Source of the DNA: a bacterium
GTDB lineage: Bacteria; Patescibacteriota; Patescibacteriia; Veblenbacterales; UBA10138
DNA: 57,175 nucleotides
Direction of reading: 5' to 3'
Assembly (NCBI GenBank): GCA_020057885.1
Contig: JAGVEX010000020.1
Location: 1-57,175, forward strand
Of the stretch, positions 8,030 through 19,574 are shown piece after piece. The notes under the pieces are model-generated. The model was not told the origin of the DNA. It saw only the letters and a program-made list of their open reading frames with translations, and ran no database searches. The position numbers and the translations under genes were made by a program. Each line of letters opens with the position of its first letter. Position 1 is the stretch's first letter.

Positions 8030-11000
8030 AATTAACGTCTCCTTTATTTGTTAAAATTCTAATTAATTTTAATCCATTTAATTTCTCTTTAATCCTGCCC
8101 AGTACAACATCTTTTCCTGTAACCCTAGTAATATTTTTTCTAAAATCCCAATTAGCTGAAATTGTAAAATCATTTTTAACCATTATTGACTGAACTAATC
8201 TGTTTAAAGCGCCTTTTTTATCATAACCCCAATAAAAATTAAAACGGCTATTTTTGCTGATTGGAACGTTAATTCCATTATACTTAATTCCCAACAAAGT
8301 AGCACTAAACAATTTAACTCTGCTACGCTCCTTAAAAATTAATTCTGTAGTATTACCGGCCTCATCAGCAAGAACAACTAAGCCTGGATTATCAACTATG
8401 GTAACGGTTGAAAGATTATCAATTCCACTAATCACAATGTCTTTCAATTGTGAGCTAAATACTAAACTGGCCTCGGGCGGTGTTTTATCTATTTTAATAA
8501 TCTTAGACTGTTTTTGCTCAGCGTTTCCTGCTTTATCTATTGAGCGATAAAATAAGGAATTACTCCCCTCTTTATTAACTATAAATGGATTTTGATAGTT
8601 AAGCCAACTGGCGCCGTCATCCAAACTGTACTCAGTTTTTAATACTCCAGAATTATCATCTATGGCTATTAAATTAATCGCGACATCCGATTTATACCAA
8701 CCATTATTGCTTGTTGTCCCGCTAAATACTGCCGTAGTAAAGGGGGAAGTTAAATCTTCGCTTTGCGAGGCATTAAGTACAGCGCTGGCTGGCACGGGCT
8801 CAAAATTGCCAGATCCACTAAAATCCAAATTAATTATATTATCGGCGCTGGTACTACTCACCACCATTTCTCCTTTGCTCGCGCTTGTAATGACAATTTT
8901 ATTATAATAAACCGTTTGTGTAACATTGCTATTTTCAATACTTTTCACACGTAAATCAAAATTACCGCTACCTGTAGCCGCCAATTTAATTGTATAGTTT
9001 TGTTCACCATCTGTAGGGATAAAAACAAACTTGTTACCACCAACTTCCTCATAACTTAAACCTGCTATACCTTCCTCTAAGGTATTATTATCCCCTGGTC
9101 CGGTATGATTACCTTGCTCGTCATAAATATGCAGCTCCACTGGACTATGCACTGAAACAAACTTGCCATTTAAAACGCATTGCGTTTTATCTTGAATTAC
9201 ATCAGCTGGTAAAAACAAGCTGTTAACACTGCTGGTAATAATTTGCGTAACCAATTCGCGTACACCGTCTTGGCTTGGCATTTTACCGTGGCTGGCCTTG
9301 GTGTAATAAAAACTATGAGCCTCTGACACGTTTACGGCCGTAGAGCTGCCTAAGGGTACTGTTTTATCGCCTGCGTTCATATACAACAAATACTCACCAT
9401 CGGCAACTGACCCAACTTGAACAATGCCGGAAATGGTAGGAGTGGTACAACCAGAAATATTATAACTATCTATTCCATAACTATTTAAATCCATCAAATC
9501 CAAAGCTGGCGTATGAAAATCAACGCCATCTTGTATGGCCGAAAGATTATATCCACCATTTAACATTAATAGCTGTGTTTCCAAAAAATTTAAAAGTTTA
9601 TGCTCACCTGGGTCGTCCCAAACTGGTGCGGAATAATATCCGCCAAGTTTATTAAAATATTCTTGGCTCGGCAAAAGCTGATACAAACTGTACATATTTT
9701 GGGATATTTTTTTCATCTCATCTGGATTAAGAACTACTGGCACGCCAAATCTATCACCAAACATTAAAGCTTTTAACGCTTTAGGCGCTCCAAGATGCGG
9801 GGTGCCTATAAAAATTAATTTATTAATTTTAGGATTAATATTGTTATTAATGTATTCCTTAGCAATTAATCCGCCCATACTATGGGCTACTAAATCAATT
9901 TTAGGACTACCAGTTTGAGATAAAATTTGATTTATTTTTTCTCGTAACTTTACGCTATTAATTCTGTTATCCAAACGCCAATCGTAAGGAAAGACAAACA
10001 TGTCTATTCCCTCAGAATATTGTTTTATCGTAAACTCATCAACTAAACCATTAAAATAATCATAAGATAATAAGGGAAGGCTACCAATTTGTCTTATAAC
10101 ATCCCCTACAGAAACTTCTGTATCGCTTGGATTACCATTTTCATCCATTGCCAATGGATCCATAAAACTATCGGTAATATCTGTAAACATTTCACCAAAA
10201 TCCATCCACAGGGTATCAGTGCCCTTTTTCATCTCTGTGCCTAAAATTCCCGGGATTAACAAAACTGGCACATTTCTAACCTCAAAAGTTAATTCACCAC
10301 TAACTGGCAAACGTGTAGCAACCTTACCATCACTCGCTTCAAAATGATAATTATAAATCCCCTTACCAAAATATCCAGTTGTAGGGTTATATGAATATTG
10401 CTCGCCGTTTGAATAAACGCCATCCTGACCAGTATCTTTTACCATCTCGTGAGATATCTCATTTACCACAACTCTAAAATAGGAAGGCGTGTCATTATTG
10501 GCATCTGTATAAGTTGTCTTAAAAACCGGCGCGCTGGGTACAAAGGCAATATTTGGCTCTACACCATCAATAATATAACCCTCTGTGTTAACATAAGATA
10601 ATACTGGGGACTGATTAGGCGGCACTTTACCTGTCCAGGGATCGTAAAGTAAATTGCCATAAATTTTATCACCCGTACCGCCAGGGTTGCCATATATAGT
10701 AGGCCCTGTATCACTTCCCCACCAATTATTACGCGCGTCTACTAAAGCATAACTAGAGTGGGCGTTAATAGCATAGATTGAATTATTGAATAATTTGCTA
10801 CCACTTATGCTCCATGGTACGGGAGTATAACTAACAATACCTCTCTTGTGATACCTAACCTCTGAATCTATTAACTGAAGGTTTGAACTGCCTCCAATTG
10901 ATATAGCCGTATCATAACTTTTTTCAATAATACTAGAGTTGATAGATATGCTGGAATTTTCTATATGCAAAAAATTAAAATCCGTAGTAATAAAATAAAT

Positions 11001-11582
11001 ACCATTAAAATCAGTCACATAATACCCACCATAGCGCAAAATAGTGTGAGTCAAAACCGAACCGGTTGAGCCGTTAAAATAAAATCCACTCCAATTACCG
11101 GGCGCTGGAGTGTAAATACCATTATCATTATTACTATCGCCACCAAAACTATCATCAAGATATGAGGTAAAAACTATTGGCAGACCAGCTGTGCCTTGGG
11201 CAACCAAATTGCCATTTATTACAAGCCTACCGCCGCCCATAAATTTAACCACCACGCCAGGCTCAACTGTTAAAGTGGAGATAATCTTTACTACGCCATT
11301 ACCATGTACGATGTAGGGACTTTGAATCATGGTCCAGGTGGTAGGCGTGCTAATAGTAATCGGAGTGTAAATATGAGTCGGCGGAGCCGCTATAACCGCC
11401 CTAGCGCCAACTAAAAACCTTACCGCCGAGGCAAGGTTTGGTGCAAAATTTGATAAATTGTTTGGCTCTATTTGCCCTAGAAATAAAAACAGCCCGACGA
11501 CAAACCAACCAGTTAAACGGGCTAAAACTTGAACGCCATTCCAACGTTCCCTCCGATTCCAGTGATTAGATTCTTGTGACAT
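8016..11582 (-). CDS. Large secreted multidomain protein: beta-helix + LCAT/PGAP1-like alpha/beta hydrolase + Ig-like domains
   Basis: FPYDWR, AHSMGG nucleophile elbow, GTPHLGAP, GDKTVP; N-terminal parallel beta-helix-like repeats; C-terminal YRSIDKAGN..IDKTPP module. Confidence 0.8.
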   Translation of the reverse strand: MSQESNHWNRRERWNGVQVLARLTGWFVVGLFLFLGQIEPNNLSNFAPNLASAVRFLVGARAVIAAPPTHIYTPITISTPTTWTMIQSPYIVHGNGVVKIISTLTVEPGVVVKFMGGGRLVINGNLVAQGTAGLPIVFTSYLDDSFGGDSNNDNGIYTPAPGNWSGFYFNGSTGSVLTHTILRYGGYYVTDFNGIYFITTDFNFLHIENSSISINSSIIEKSYDTAISIGGSSNLQLIDSEVRYHKRGIVSYTPVPWSISGSKLFNNSIYAINAHSSYALVDARNNWWGSDTGPTIYGNPGGTGDKIYGNLLYDPWTGKVPPNQSPVLSYVNTEGYIIDGVEPNIAFVPSAPVFKTTYTDANNDTPSYFRVVVNEISHEMVKDTGQDGVYSNGEQYSYNPTTGYFGKGIYNYHFEASDGKVATRLPVSGELTFEVRNVPVLLIPGILGTEMKKGTDTLWMDFGEMFTDITDSFMDPLAMDENGNPSDTEVSVGDVIRQIGSLPLLSYDYFNGLVDEFTIKQYSEGIDMFVFPYDWRLDNRINSVKLREKINQILSQTGSPKIDLVAHSMGGLIAKEYINNNINPKINKLIFIGTPHLGAPKALKALMFGDRFGVPVVLNPDEMKKISQNMYSLYQLLPSQEYFNKLGGYYSAPVWDDPGEHKLLNFLETQLLMLNGGYNLSAIQDGVDFHTPALDLMDLNSYGIDSYNISGCTTPTISGIVQVGSVADGEYLLYMNAGDKTVPLGSSTAVNVSEAHSFYYTKASHGKMPSQDGVRELVTQIITSSVNSLFLPADVIQDKTQCVLNGKFVSVHSPVELHIYDEQGNHTGPGDNNTLEEGIAGLSYEEVGGNKFVFIPTDGEQNYTIKLAATGSGNFDLRVKSIENSNVTQTVYYNKIVITSASKGEMVVSSTSADNIINLDFSGSGNFEPVPASAVLNASQSEDLTSPFTTAVFSGTTSNNGWYKSDVAINLIAIDDNSGVLKTEYSLDDGASWLNYQNPFIVNKEGSNSLFYRSIDKAGNAEQKQSKIIKIDKTPPEASLVFSSQLKDIVISGIDNLSTVTIVDNPGLVVLADEAGNTTELIFKERSRVKLFSATLLGIKYNGINVPISKNSRFNFYWGYDKKGALNRLVQSIMVKNDFTISANWDFRKNITRVTGKDVVLGRIKEKLNGLKLIRILTNKGDVNYEIK

Positions 11583-11795
11583 ACCCCCTTATATATTTAA
11601 CTATACACCAAAATACAAACGGGGGGAATAATATTGCAAACAAAAGTTATCCACAGATTAACACTAATTTAATCTTTTGAAGATAGATTTTTATTCACTA
11701 AATGACACAAAATACCATCCAGTAAAAAAGCTTACCCGATGTTTAGGTAAGCTTTGTTGTTAAATCGCAATCAATTTTGTTCATTTGGAAATATT

Positions 11796-12233
11796 TTAGA
11801 GCATAGCGGTAGTAAAAAATATACCCGCAAGTAGGATGAGTATTATGCTATTAAATACGATGTAAATATGCAGCCCTATTCGCTTTGCCGCAATTTCATA
11901 TTGTATCTTGTGCGCGGTAAACACTGCCGCCACGAACACACCAACTATAAACCATGGAGAAATAAAACCAAGCGCACTAAAACAACTCAATGCCGCTACA
12001 GTAATAGTACTGTCGAAAAAGTGCACCCATCTTCTTATTTGATCTGTGTCTACCAGTGTATTATCGACAATGGCCAATAATGCCACTACAAAAGAAGTCA
12101 TGGTTATGGCCTTGGCAAAACCAAGATCATAAACATAAAGAAATAAAAAATACGGCGCAAGTGTAAGGAGTAGCGAGGCGAGCATGGCATTGCGTAAACG
12201 ATTTGCTAAACCAGTGGTAATTGTAGTCTTCAT
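11796..12233 (-). CDS. Hypothetical multi-TM membrane protein
   Basis: Several hydrophobic segments. Confidence 0.6.
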   Translation of the reverse strand: MKTTITTGLANRLRNAMLASLLLTLAPYFLFLYVYDLGFAKAITMTSFVVALLAIVDNTLVDTDQIRRWVHFFDSTITVAALSCFSALGFISPWFIVGVFVAAVFTAHKIQYEIAAKRIGLHIYIVFNSIILILLAGIFFTTAML

Positions 12234-12640
12234 AGCATCTTGCCTTTCTGGGATAATCCCATATTGTTTTGTAAAATTGCTATTTTATTTATTTGCCCAA
12301 ACTTTACAGCGAATACCATTAAAAGTCAATAAGTTCAGTATAAACAAAAACACCCCGTAGAACGGAGTGGTTTTGGGATGAGGTTGATAGATTGTTTGTT
12401 GTTGTGATTGGTGGGGGTTGTTTTTGGGGTGGAGATTTAGGAGAGGTGTTGAAAACTCAATCTTCAAACTTTTTGAGGATTAGGGTTTCAACCCCTCTGC
12501 TTTCCACTTTATTCCCTTTTCAATCTACTCTATCAACCTACTTATAGAATACACGATCTAGAAAAATCTGTCAAACCCCTATAAACATTACTTAATATCA
12601 CTTACTAGTAAAAACTTACCTAAAGTTATCCACAGATAAA

Positions 12641-14707
<2,067 letters not shown>

Positions 14708-14718
14708 TTAATAATTAA

Positions 14719-17196
14719 TTAAGAACGCACTGTGGCGCCGAATTTATTCTGCAATAAATTAACAGCTTGTTTAACAATTTCTTCAACCTCTTCGCTCTTT
14801 AATGTTCGCGCAGGACTGCGGAAAGTAATATGAAAAGCCAAACTGCCTTTGGTTGAATAAACATCAAACAACTCAATTGATTCAATAAGTGGTGAAATCT
14901 TTTTTAAACCAGATTCTATATCAATCCACCTAACATTATTAGACACAACAATGGAAAGGTCTCTGATTTGAAAATCATTTGGTTTTAAACCAGAATAAAT
15001 TGATGGGGTGCTTAATTGCGGTAAAAGATCCAGATTAATTTCAGCAAATGATATTGCTAAATCAAGACTTGATCGTTGCATGTTAATAATCCCAATTCCG
15101 CCAATATGCTTACCATCTACCACTACTTTGGCCATATTACTGCCAAACGACTCAAAAACAAAATTTATACCGAGTATGGTTAATATTTGTTCTACTGTAC
15201 CCTTAAGCAGTCTAAATGAATTGACTACATCTCCCACTGCCAAGCGCTGACATAAAACCAAATGATAAGGCTGCGAGGGTAGGAAAGATGAAGTGTTTTT
15301 ACCTCCACTTGACCAATCGCCTTCTGCGCCAAAAAATACTCGACCGATTTCAAAAACTTTTAAATTATCGTGCGGCAGTAAAAGTATATTTTTAACAAAT
15401 TGCTCCAACACGTTGGGTAAAAGCGCTGGCCTAAGATATTTTTGTATTTTATCAACAGGATTCAAAAGCTCTACCAAAGAACTTGTGTTAATATCGGCCG
15501 CCTCATAAACCTCGTCTGCTAAATCGGTTATTAATTTTTCACTAATAAATGAATAGCTTAATGTTTCTATAAAATCCGCGCCTATTAAAATATCTCTAAT
15601 TTTCCAGCGTAAATCTTGTGCCAAATCACGCTCACTAGGCTCAATGGGAAATTTAGGCAGAGCCAGCGGAATTTTGCCATAACCATAAATACGCGCCACT
15701 TCTTCCACCAAATCTTCCGGAATAGTAATGTCGCGCGTCGCTCGCCACGAGGGCGGAGTTACCAAAAATTTTTCATCGTCCTCCCCAGTACCAGATCCGC
15801 CCTCGGCGGCACGGTACGGGGTTCCGCCGTCCGTTTTCACGGTCCGCTCCACTTTAAAACCTAAACGCTCTAAAATATTTTTTACTTCCTCTTGCGGCAA
15901 TTCAACCCCCAGCCGCGCAAAAAGCCAAGACAATGGCAGTTCAATTGGTTGGGCGCTGCGAGGATTATTATAAACATCAACCAAGGGGCTTAAAACTTTA
16001 GCTCCTGGGCAAATTTCTTTAAACAATTCAATAGCGCGACGCAAAGCCAGCTCAGCCAAATTAGGGTCAAGCGCTTTTTCAAAGCGCGCCGAAGCCTCTG
16101 TACGCAAACCAAGTTTAGCCGCTGTGGTACGAATGTTTACAGCCTCAAATGTCGCGGATTCCAAAGCTATTGTCTTGGTTGAATTGCTTACCTCGCTCGT
16201 TTGCCCGCCCATTACTCCGGCAATTGCTTGGGCGTGTTTTTTGTCGGCTATCATTAACATTGATTCATCAAGTTCACGCTCCACGCCGTCGAGTGTGGTA
16301 AACTTTTCACCTTTTTTAGCTTGCCTAATTACAATTTCGGGGCTCACTAATTTATCCAAATCAAAAGCGTGCAAGGGTTGCCCAAGCTCCAGCATTACAT
16401 AATTTGTAACATCCACAATATTATTAATTGGCCTCATGCCAAGACTTAAAAGCGCGCTTTGTAACCATTTAGGCGAAGGCGCTACTTTAAGATGCCCAAC
16501 CGACACGGCTAAATAACGCCCCACGTGTACTGGTTTTTTTACACTTACCATTAGTGGCACATCTATCTCGGGTTTAATGCGTGGAGCTTTTGGTTCATAA
16601 AGCGGTACCTGCCACATAGCAGAGAGCTCACGCGCCAAACCAAAGTGTCCCCACAAATCAGGCCTGTGAGTAATGGATTTATTATCAATGTCCAAAATAA
16701 TATCGTTTAAGCCAAGCGCGTGAGCCAGCGGAGTGCCTGGAGGCACTTCAAGGTATGTTAAATCCATAATACCACCCTCCACCGCTTTATCATCCTGCAA
16801 TTCCAACTCTTCTGCCGCGCAGGCCATGCCACAACTTTCTACGCCGCGTATAGTAGCTTTGGCAAGAGTGACCCAATCGCCTTGCCCGTGCCAACGTACG
16901 CGTGTGCCAATGGTCGCAAAAGCCACTTTCATACCTTCGTGCAAATTTACTCCACCACACACAACTTCTATTTCTTTTTTACCAATATCAACTGTGGCTA
17001 ATTTTAATTTATCAGCTTTAGGATGCGGACTAACTTTAATAACCAAACCAACCACTGCACCAGCTAAACTTTTAGCTTGATCAGTGTAATCGTCCACCTC
17101 CACGGTGCTCATAGTAAGAGCGTCGGCTAACTCGCGGCCAGAAAATTCACGTGGTGGCGTGACAAACTTTTTCAAAATGTCAAAAGAAACTTTCAT
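14719..17196 (-). CDS. pheT: Phenylalanine--tRNA ligase beta subunit
   Basis: tRNA-binding OB fold, RPDLWGH, INNIVDVTNYV, EDLVEEVARIYGY; follows pheS. Confidence 0.95.
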   Translation of the reverse strand: MKVSFDILKKFVTPPREFSGRELADALTMSTVEVDDYTDQAKSLAGAVVGLVIKVSPHPKADKLKLATVDIGKKEIEVVCGGVNLHEGMKVAFATIGTRVRWHGQGDWVTLAKATIRGVESCGMACAAEELELQDDKAVEGGIMDLTYLEVPPGTPLAHALGLNDIILDIDNKSITHRPDLWGHFGLARELSAMWQVPLYEPKAPRIKPEIDVPLMVSVKKPVHVGRYLAVSVGHLKVAPSPKWLQSALLSLGMRPINNIVDVTNYVMLELGQPLHAFDLDKLVSPEIVIRQAKKGEKFTTLDGVERELDESMLMIADKKHAQAIAGVMGGQTSEVSNSTKTIALESATFEAVNIRTTAAKLGLRTEASARFEKALDPNLAELALRRAIELFKEICPGAKVLSPLVDVYNNPRSAQPIELPLSWLFARLGVELPQEEVKNILERLGFKVERTVKTDGGTPYRAAEGGSGTGEDDEKFLVTPPSWRATRDITIPEDLVEEVARIYGYGKIPLALPKFPIEPSERDLAQDLRWKIRDILIGADFIETLSYSFISEKLITDLADEVYEAADINTSSLVELLNPVDKIQKYLRPALLPNVLEQFVKNILLLPHDNLKVFEIGRVFFGAEGDWSSGGKNTSSFLPSQPYHLVLCQRLAVGDVVNSFRLLKGTVEQILTILGINFVFESFGSNMAKVVVDGKHIGGIGIINMQRSSLDLAISFAEINLDLLPQLSTPSIYSGLKPNDFQIRDLSIVVSNNVRWIDIESGLKKISPLIESIELFDVYSTKGSLAFHITFRSPARTLKSEEVEEIVKQAVNLLQNKFGATVRS
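15783..15821. repeat. 39-nt nested palindrome inserted in frame in pheT
   Basis: CCCCAGTACC...GGTACGGGG arms with inner CCGCCCTCGGCGG hairpin. Confidence 0.7.
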
Positions 17197-17205
17197 GGTT
17201 ATGTG

Positions 17206-18228
17206 TTAAAATTGTTTTAAAAATCTTAAATCGCCGCCGAGCAATAACCGAATATCATCAATTTTATATCTCATCATTACCAAACGTGAAAGCCCCAAAC
17301 CAAAGGCAAAGCCAGAATATTCTTTAGGATCAACTCCACCTGCCTCCAGCACTTTTGGATGCACTAATCCGCATGGCAAAAGTTCCACCCAACCGCGCTG
17401 TTTACAAACACTGCACCCAGTTCCGCCGCAAATAAAACATTTAATATCCAGTTCAAAACCAGGTTCTACAAATGGAAAATAGCCAGGCCGCAAGCGCACC
17501 TCAACCTCGCGATAAAAAATTCCCTGCAAAAGCTCTTTCATTGTGGCTATAAGATGGGAAACGGAAATATCTTTATCGACTACCAAACCCTCCATTTGCC
17601 AAAAAGTATGCTCATGCGAAGCATCGGTTGCTTCATAACGAAAAACCCGGCCCGGCACCACCGCGCGCAAGGGCACACCATATTGCTGTAAAGCGCGTAC
17701 CTGCATTGGTGAAGTATGAGTGCGTAATAGTAAACGATTATCTGACGCGCCGCCTTTTACATAAAAAGTATCCTGGCTCTCGCGCGCCGGATGCCAGCTG
17801 GGAATATTTAAAGCTTCAAAATTATAAAATTCACTTTCTACTTCCGGACCATCGAGCACCTTAAAACCCATAGAACGAAACAAATCCTCTAACTCGCGCT
17901 GAACTTGCAACACGGGGTGTATATTCCCTCGCTCTGGTTTAATGCCAGGCAAAGTAACATCAAAATTAGCAGAAGACACAGTGGCTGACTTAAAACTTTT
18001 TGTAATTTCGTGAAAAGCTTTTTCAATATCAATTTTTACCTCATTTAATAACGCACCAATTTTAGGACGCTCTGCTTGAGCGAGTTCCTTAAATTTTTTC
18101 ATCATCTCGGCTAATTCGCCTTTGCGACCAAGATATTTTATCTTAATTTTTTCCAAATCAGCTTGCTCGGTAAGAGTTTTTAACTCCTCCTTGGCACGCT
18201 CACGAAGATGTTCAAGCTCTTTTTGCAC
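17206..18228 (-). CDS. pheS: Phenylalanine--tRNA ligase alpha subunit
   Basis: HPARESQDTF, LLRTHTSP, YFPFVEP, GFAFGLG. Confidence 0.97.
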   Translation of the reverse strand: MQKELEHLRERAKEELKTLTEQADLEKIKIKYLGRKGELAEMMKKFKELAQAERPKIGALLNEVKIDIEKAFHEITKSFKSATVSSANFDVTLPGIKPERGNIHPVLQVQRELEDLFRSMGFKVLDGPEVESEFYNFEALNIPSWHPARESQDTFYVKGGASDNRLLLRTHTSPMQVRALQQYGVPLRAVVPGRVFRYEATDASHEHTFWQMEGLVVDKDISVSHLIATMKELLQGIFYREVEVRLRPGYFPFVEPGFELDIKCFICGGTGCSVCKQRGWVELLPCGLVHPKVLEAGGVDPKEYSGFAFGLGLSRLVMMRYKIDDIRLLLGGDLRFLKQF

Positions 18229-18232
18229 AAAA

Positions 18233-18622
18233 TTAAATGCGCGGCGGCAAACGCCGTGCTGTTAATAAAAAGAATTCCAAAAGAGTAAGTCCTACTATTA
18301 ATAATCCCAAATTCCACCAGGTTAAAAGTTTGTTGACTTCTAAAAACAAAGCCCCTACTACCATAATGGCCAAAAATACTCCCTGGCGAAACGAAATTGA
18401 AACATGACGAAATAAAACTTCTTCACGGTGACGCCAATATCTCCAAGCAAAGCCCAAAAGGGTCAAAGTGCCTGTAACACTCAAAAAAATTGATAAATAA
18501 AAAAACAAAAAACCCGTCATACCAGCAACTTTCGGGTCTAAATAATTCAATGCGGCGATAAAAGCTCCCCAGGCCATCAATGTGCCTAAACCCATCCAAA
18601 TTAAATACTGCCGTAATGTCAT
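18233..18622 (-). CDS. Four-TM membrane protein
   Basis: Four hydrophobic helices; 4 nt upstream of pheS start. Confidence 0.7.
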   Translation of the reverse strand: MTLRQYLIWMGLGTLMAWGAFIAALNYLDPKVAGMTGFLFFYLSIFLSVTGTLTLLGFAWRYWRHREEVLFRHVSISFRQGVFLAIMVVGALFLEVNKLLTWWNLGLLIVGLTLLEFFLLTARRLPPRI

Positions 18623-18740
18623 ATTTGAGGCTAAAAATAGGGAAAAATTAGAGGTTTATTTACCTCTTAATTTTAGCATATTTTAGTCTTTTCTACAATA
18701 CCTGAATATAGCAAAAAAATGGCTAATTTAAGCCCTAAAA

Positions 18741-19031
18741 TTAACCAAAAATCCTCAAACGATAATGTCTACCATTAAAGTGGTCTTTTAAGGCGTCCTC
18801 AAGCTCAAATTCAGCCATTCTGAGCTCACTGGCCAGGGCTTGCGAGGTTAACAGCACTTCCAAGGTGTCGCCCCTTAAAACCAGCTTACGGTAAGCATCG
18901 CGAGTGGAGGGCCCAAAACGTTTGGCAACCTCGTCTTTAAACACTTCAGTAACCTGCGCCGCCTCCACGGCATCGGATATCCCTTGTTGATGAAGACGAT
19001 CAAATAGTACGTTTTTTAAAGTTTGAAACAT
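18741..19031 (-). CDS. DciA/DUF721-like protein
   Basis: Size and GDTLEV..SQALASELRM pattern resemble DciA. Confidence 0.55.
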   Translation of the reverse strand: MFQTLKNVLFDRLHQQGISDAVEAAQVTEVFKDEVAKRFGPSTRDAYRKLVLRGDTLEVLLTSQALASELRMAEFELEDALKDHFNGRHYRLRIFG

Positions 19032-19033
19032 AG

Positions 19034-19573
19034 TTATATTTTTTCTAGATTATAAACCCACCCCGGCTGCCACTTCCATGGCGCGATAACTGCCTCTTTA
19101 AGCGGCACGCCTTTAATCCAAAGCTCTAAACCATACTGCGTAGCACGATGGCCAATAATCATAACTTTTTTATCGTCATAATTTTTAAGTAAATCTTGGA
19201 GGAAGTTTTTTATTTCTTGCGCTTTTTGTTCATAGCTATCACCGTTGGGAAAAGGTTTATCTACGTACTCTAGTCTTAAAGCTTTCACTTCCTTATATGA
19301 ACGTCTTGTAAAATCACCATAATTAGATTCTTTTAAACGCGGGTCTTTTATAATTTTAAAATTTCTGTCAGCAAAAGCAATTTCTGCAGTCTTATATGAA
19401 CGCTGTAAATTAGAACAAAATATCGCATCATAATAATCTGACTTATATCGTTCTCCCAATTCCCTTGCCTGCTGCTCACCTAGAGGTGAAAGTGCTACGT
19501 CATAAATTCCTGACGACAAATCAGATTCATTATCAAAAGTGGTGCCGTGCGATTCAAAAATTATTGTAACCAT
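19034..19573 (-). CDS. Histidine phosphatase superfamily protein
   Basis: FESHG (RHG variant), CSNLQRS..TA, LKE.NYG, GH motifs. Confidence 0.85.
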   Translation of the reverse strand: MVTIIFESHGTTFDNESDLSSGIYDVALSPLGEQQARELGERYKSDYYDAIFCSNLQRSYKTAEIAFADRNFKIIKDPRLKESNYGDFTRRSYKEVKALRLEYVDKPFPNGDSYEQKAQEIKNFLQDLLKNYDDKKVMIIGHRATQYGLELWIKGVPLKEAVIAPWKWQPGWVYNLEKI

Positions 19574-19574
19574 A

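Noticed and set aside
12285..12467. 60-aa minus-strand ORF
   Set aside because: Low-complexity sequence running through a terminator-like hairpin, with no recognisable motif
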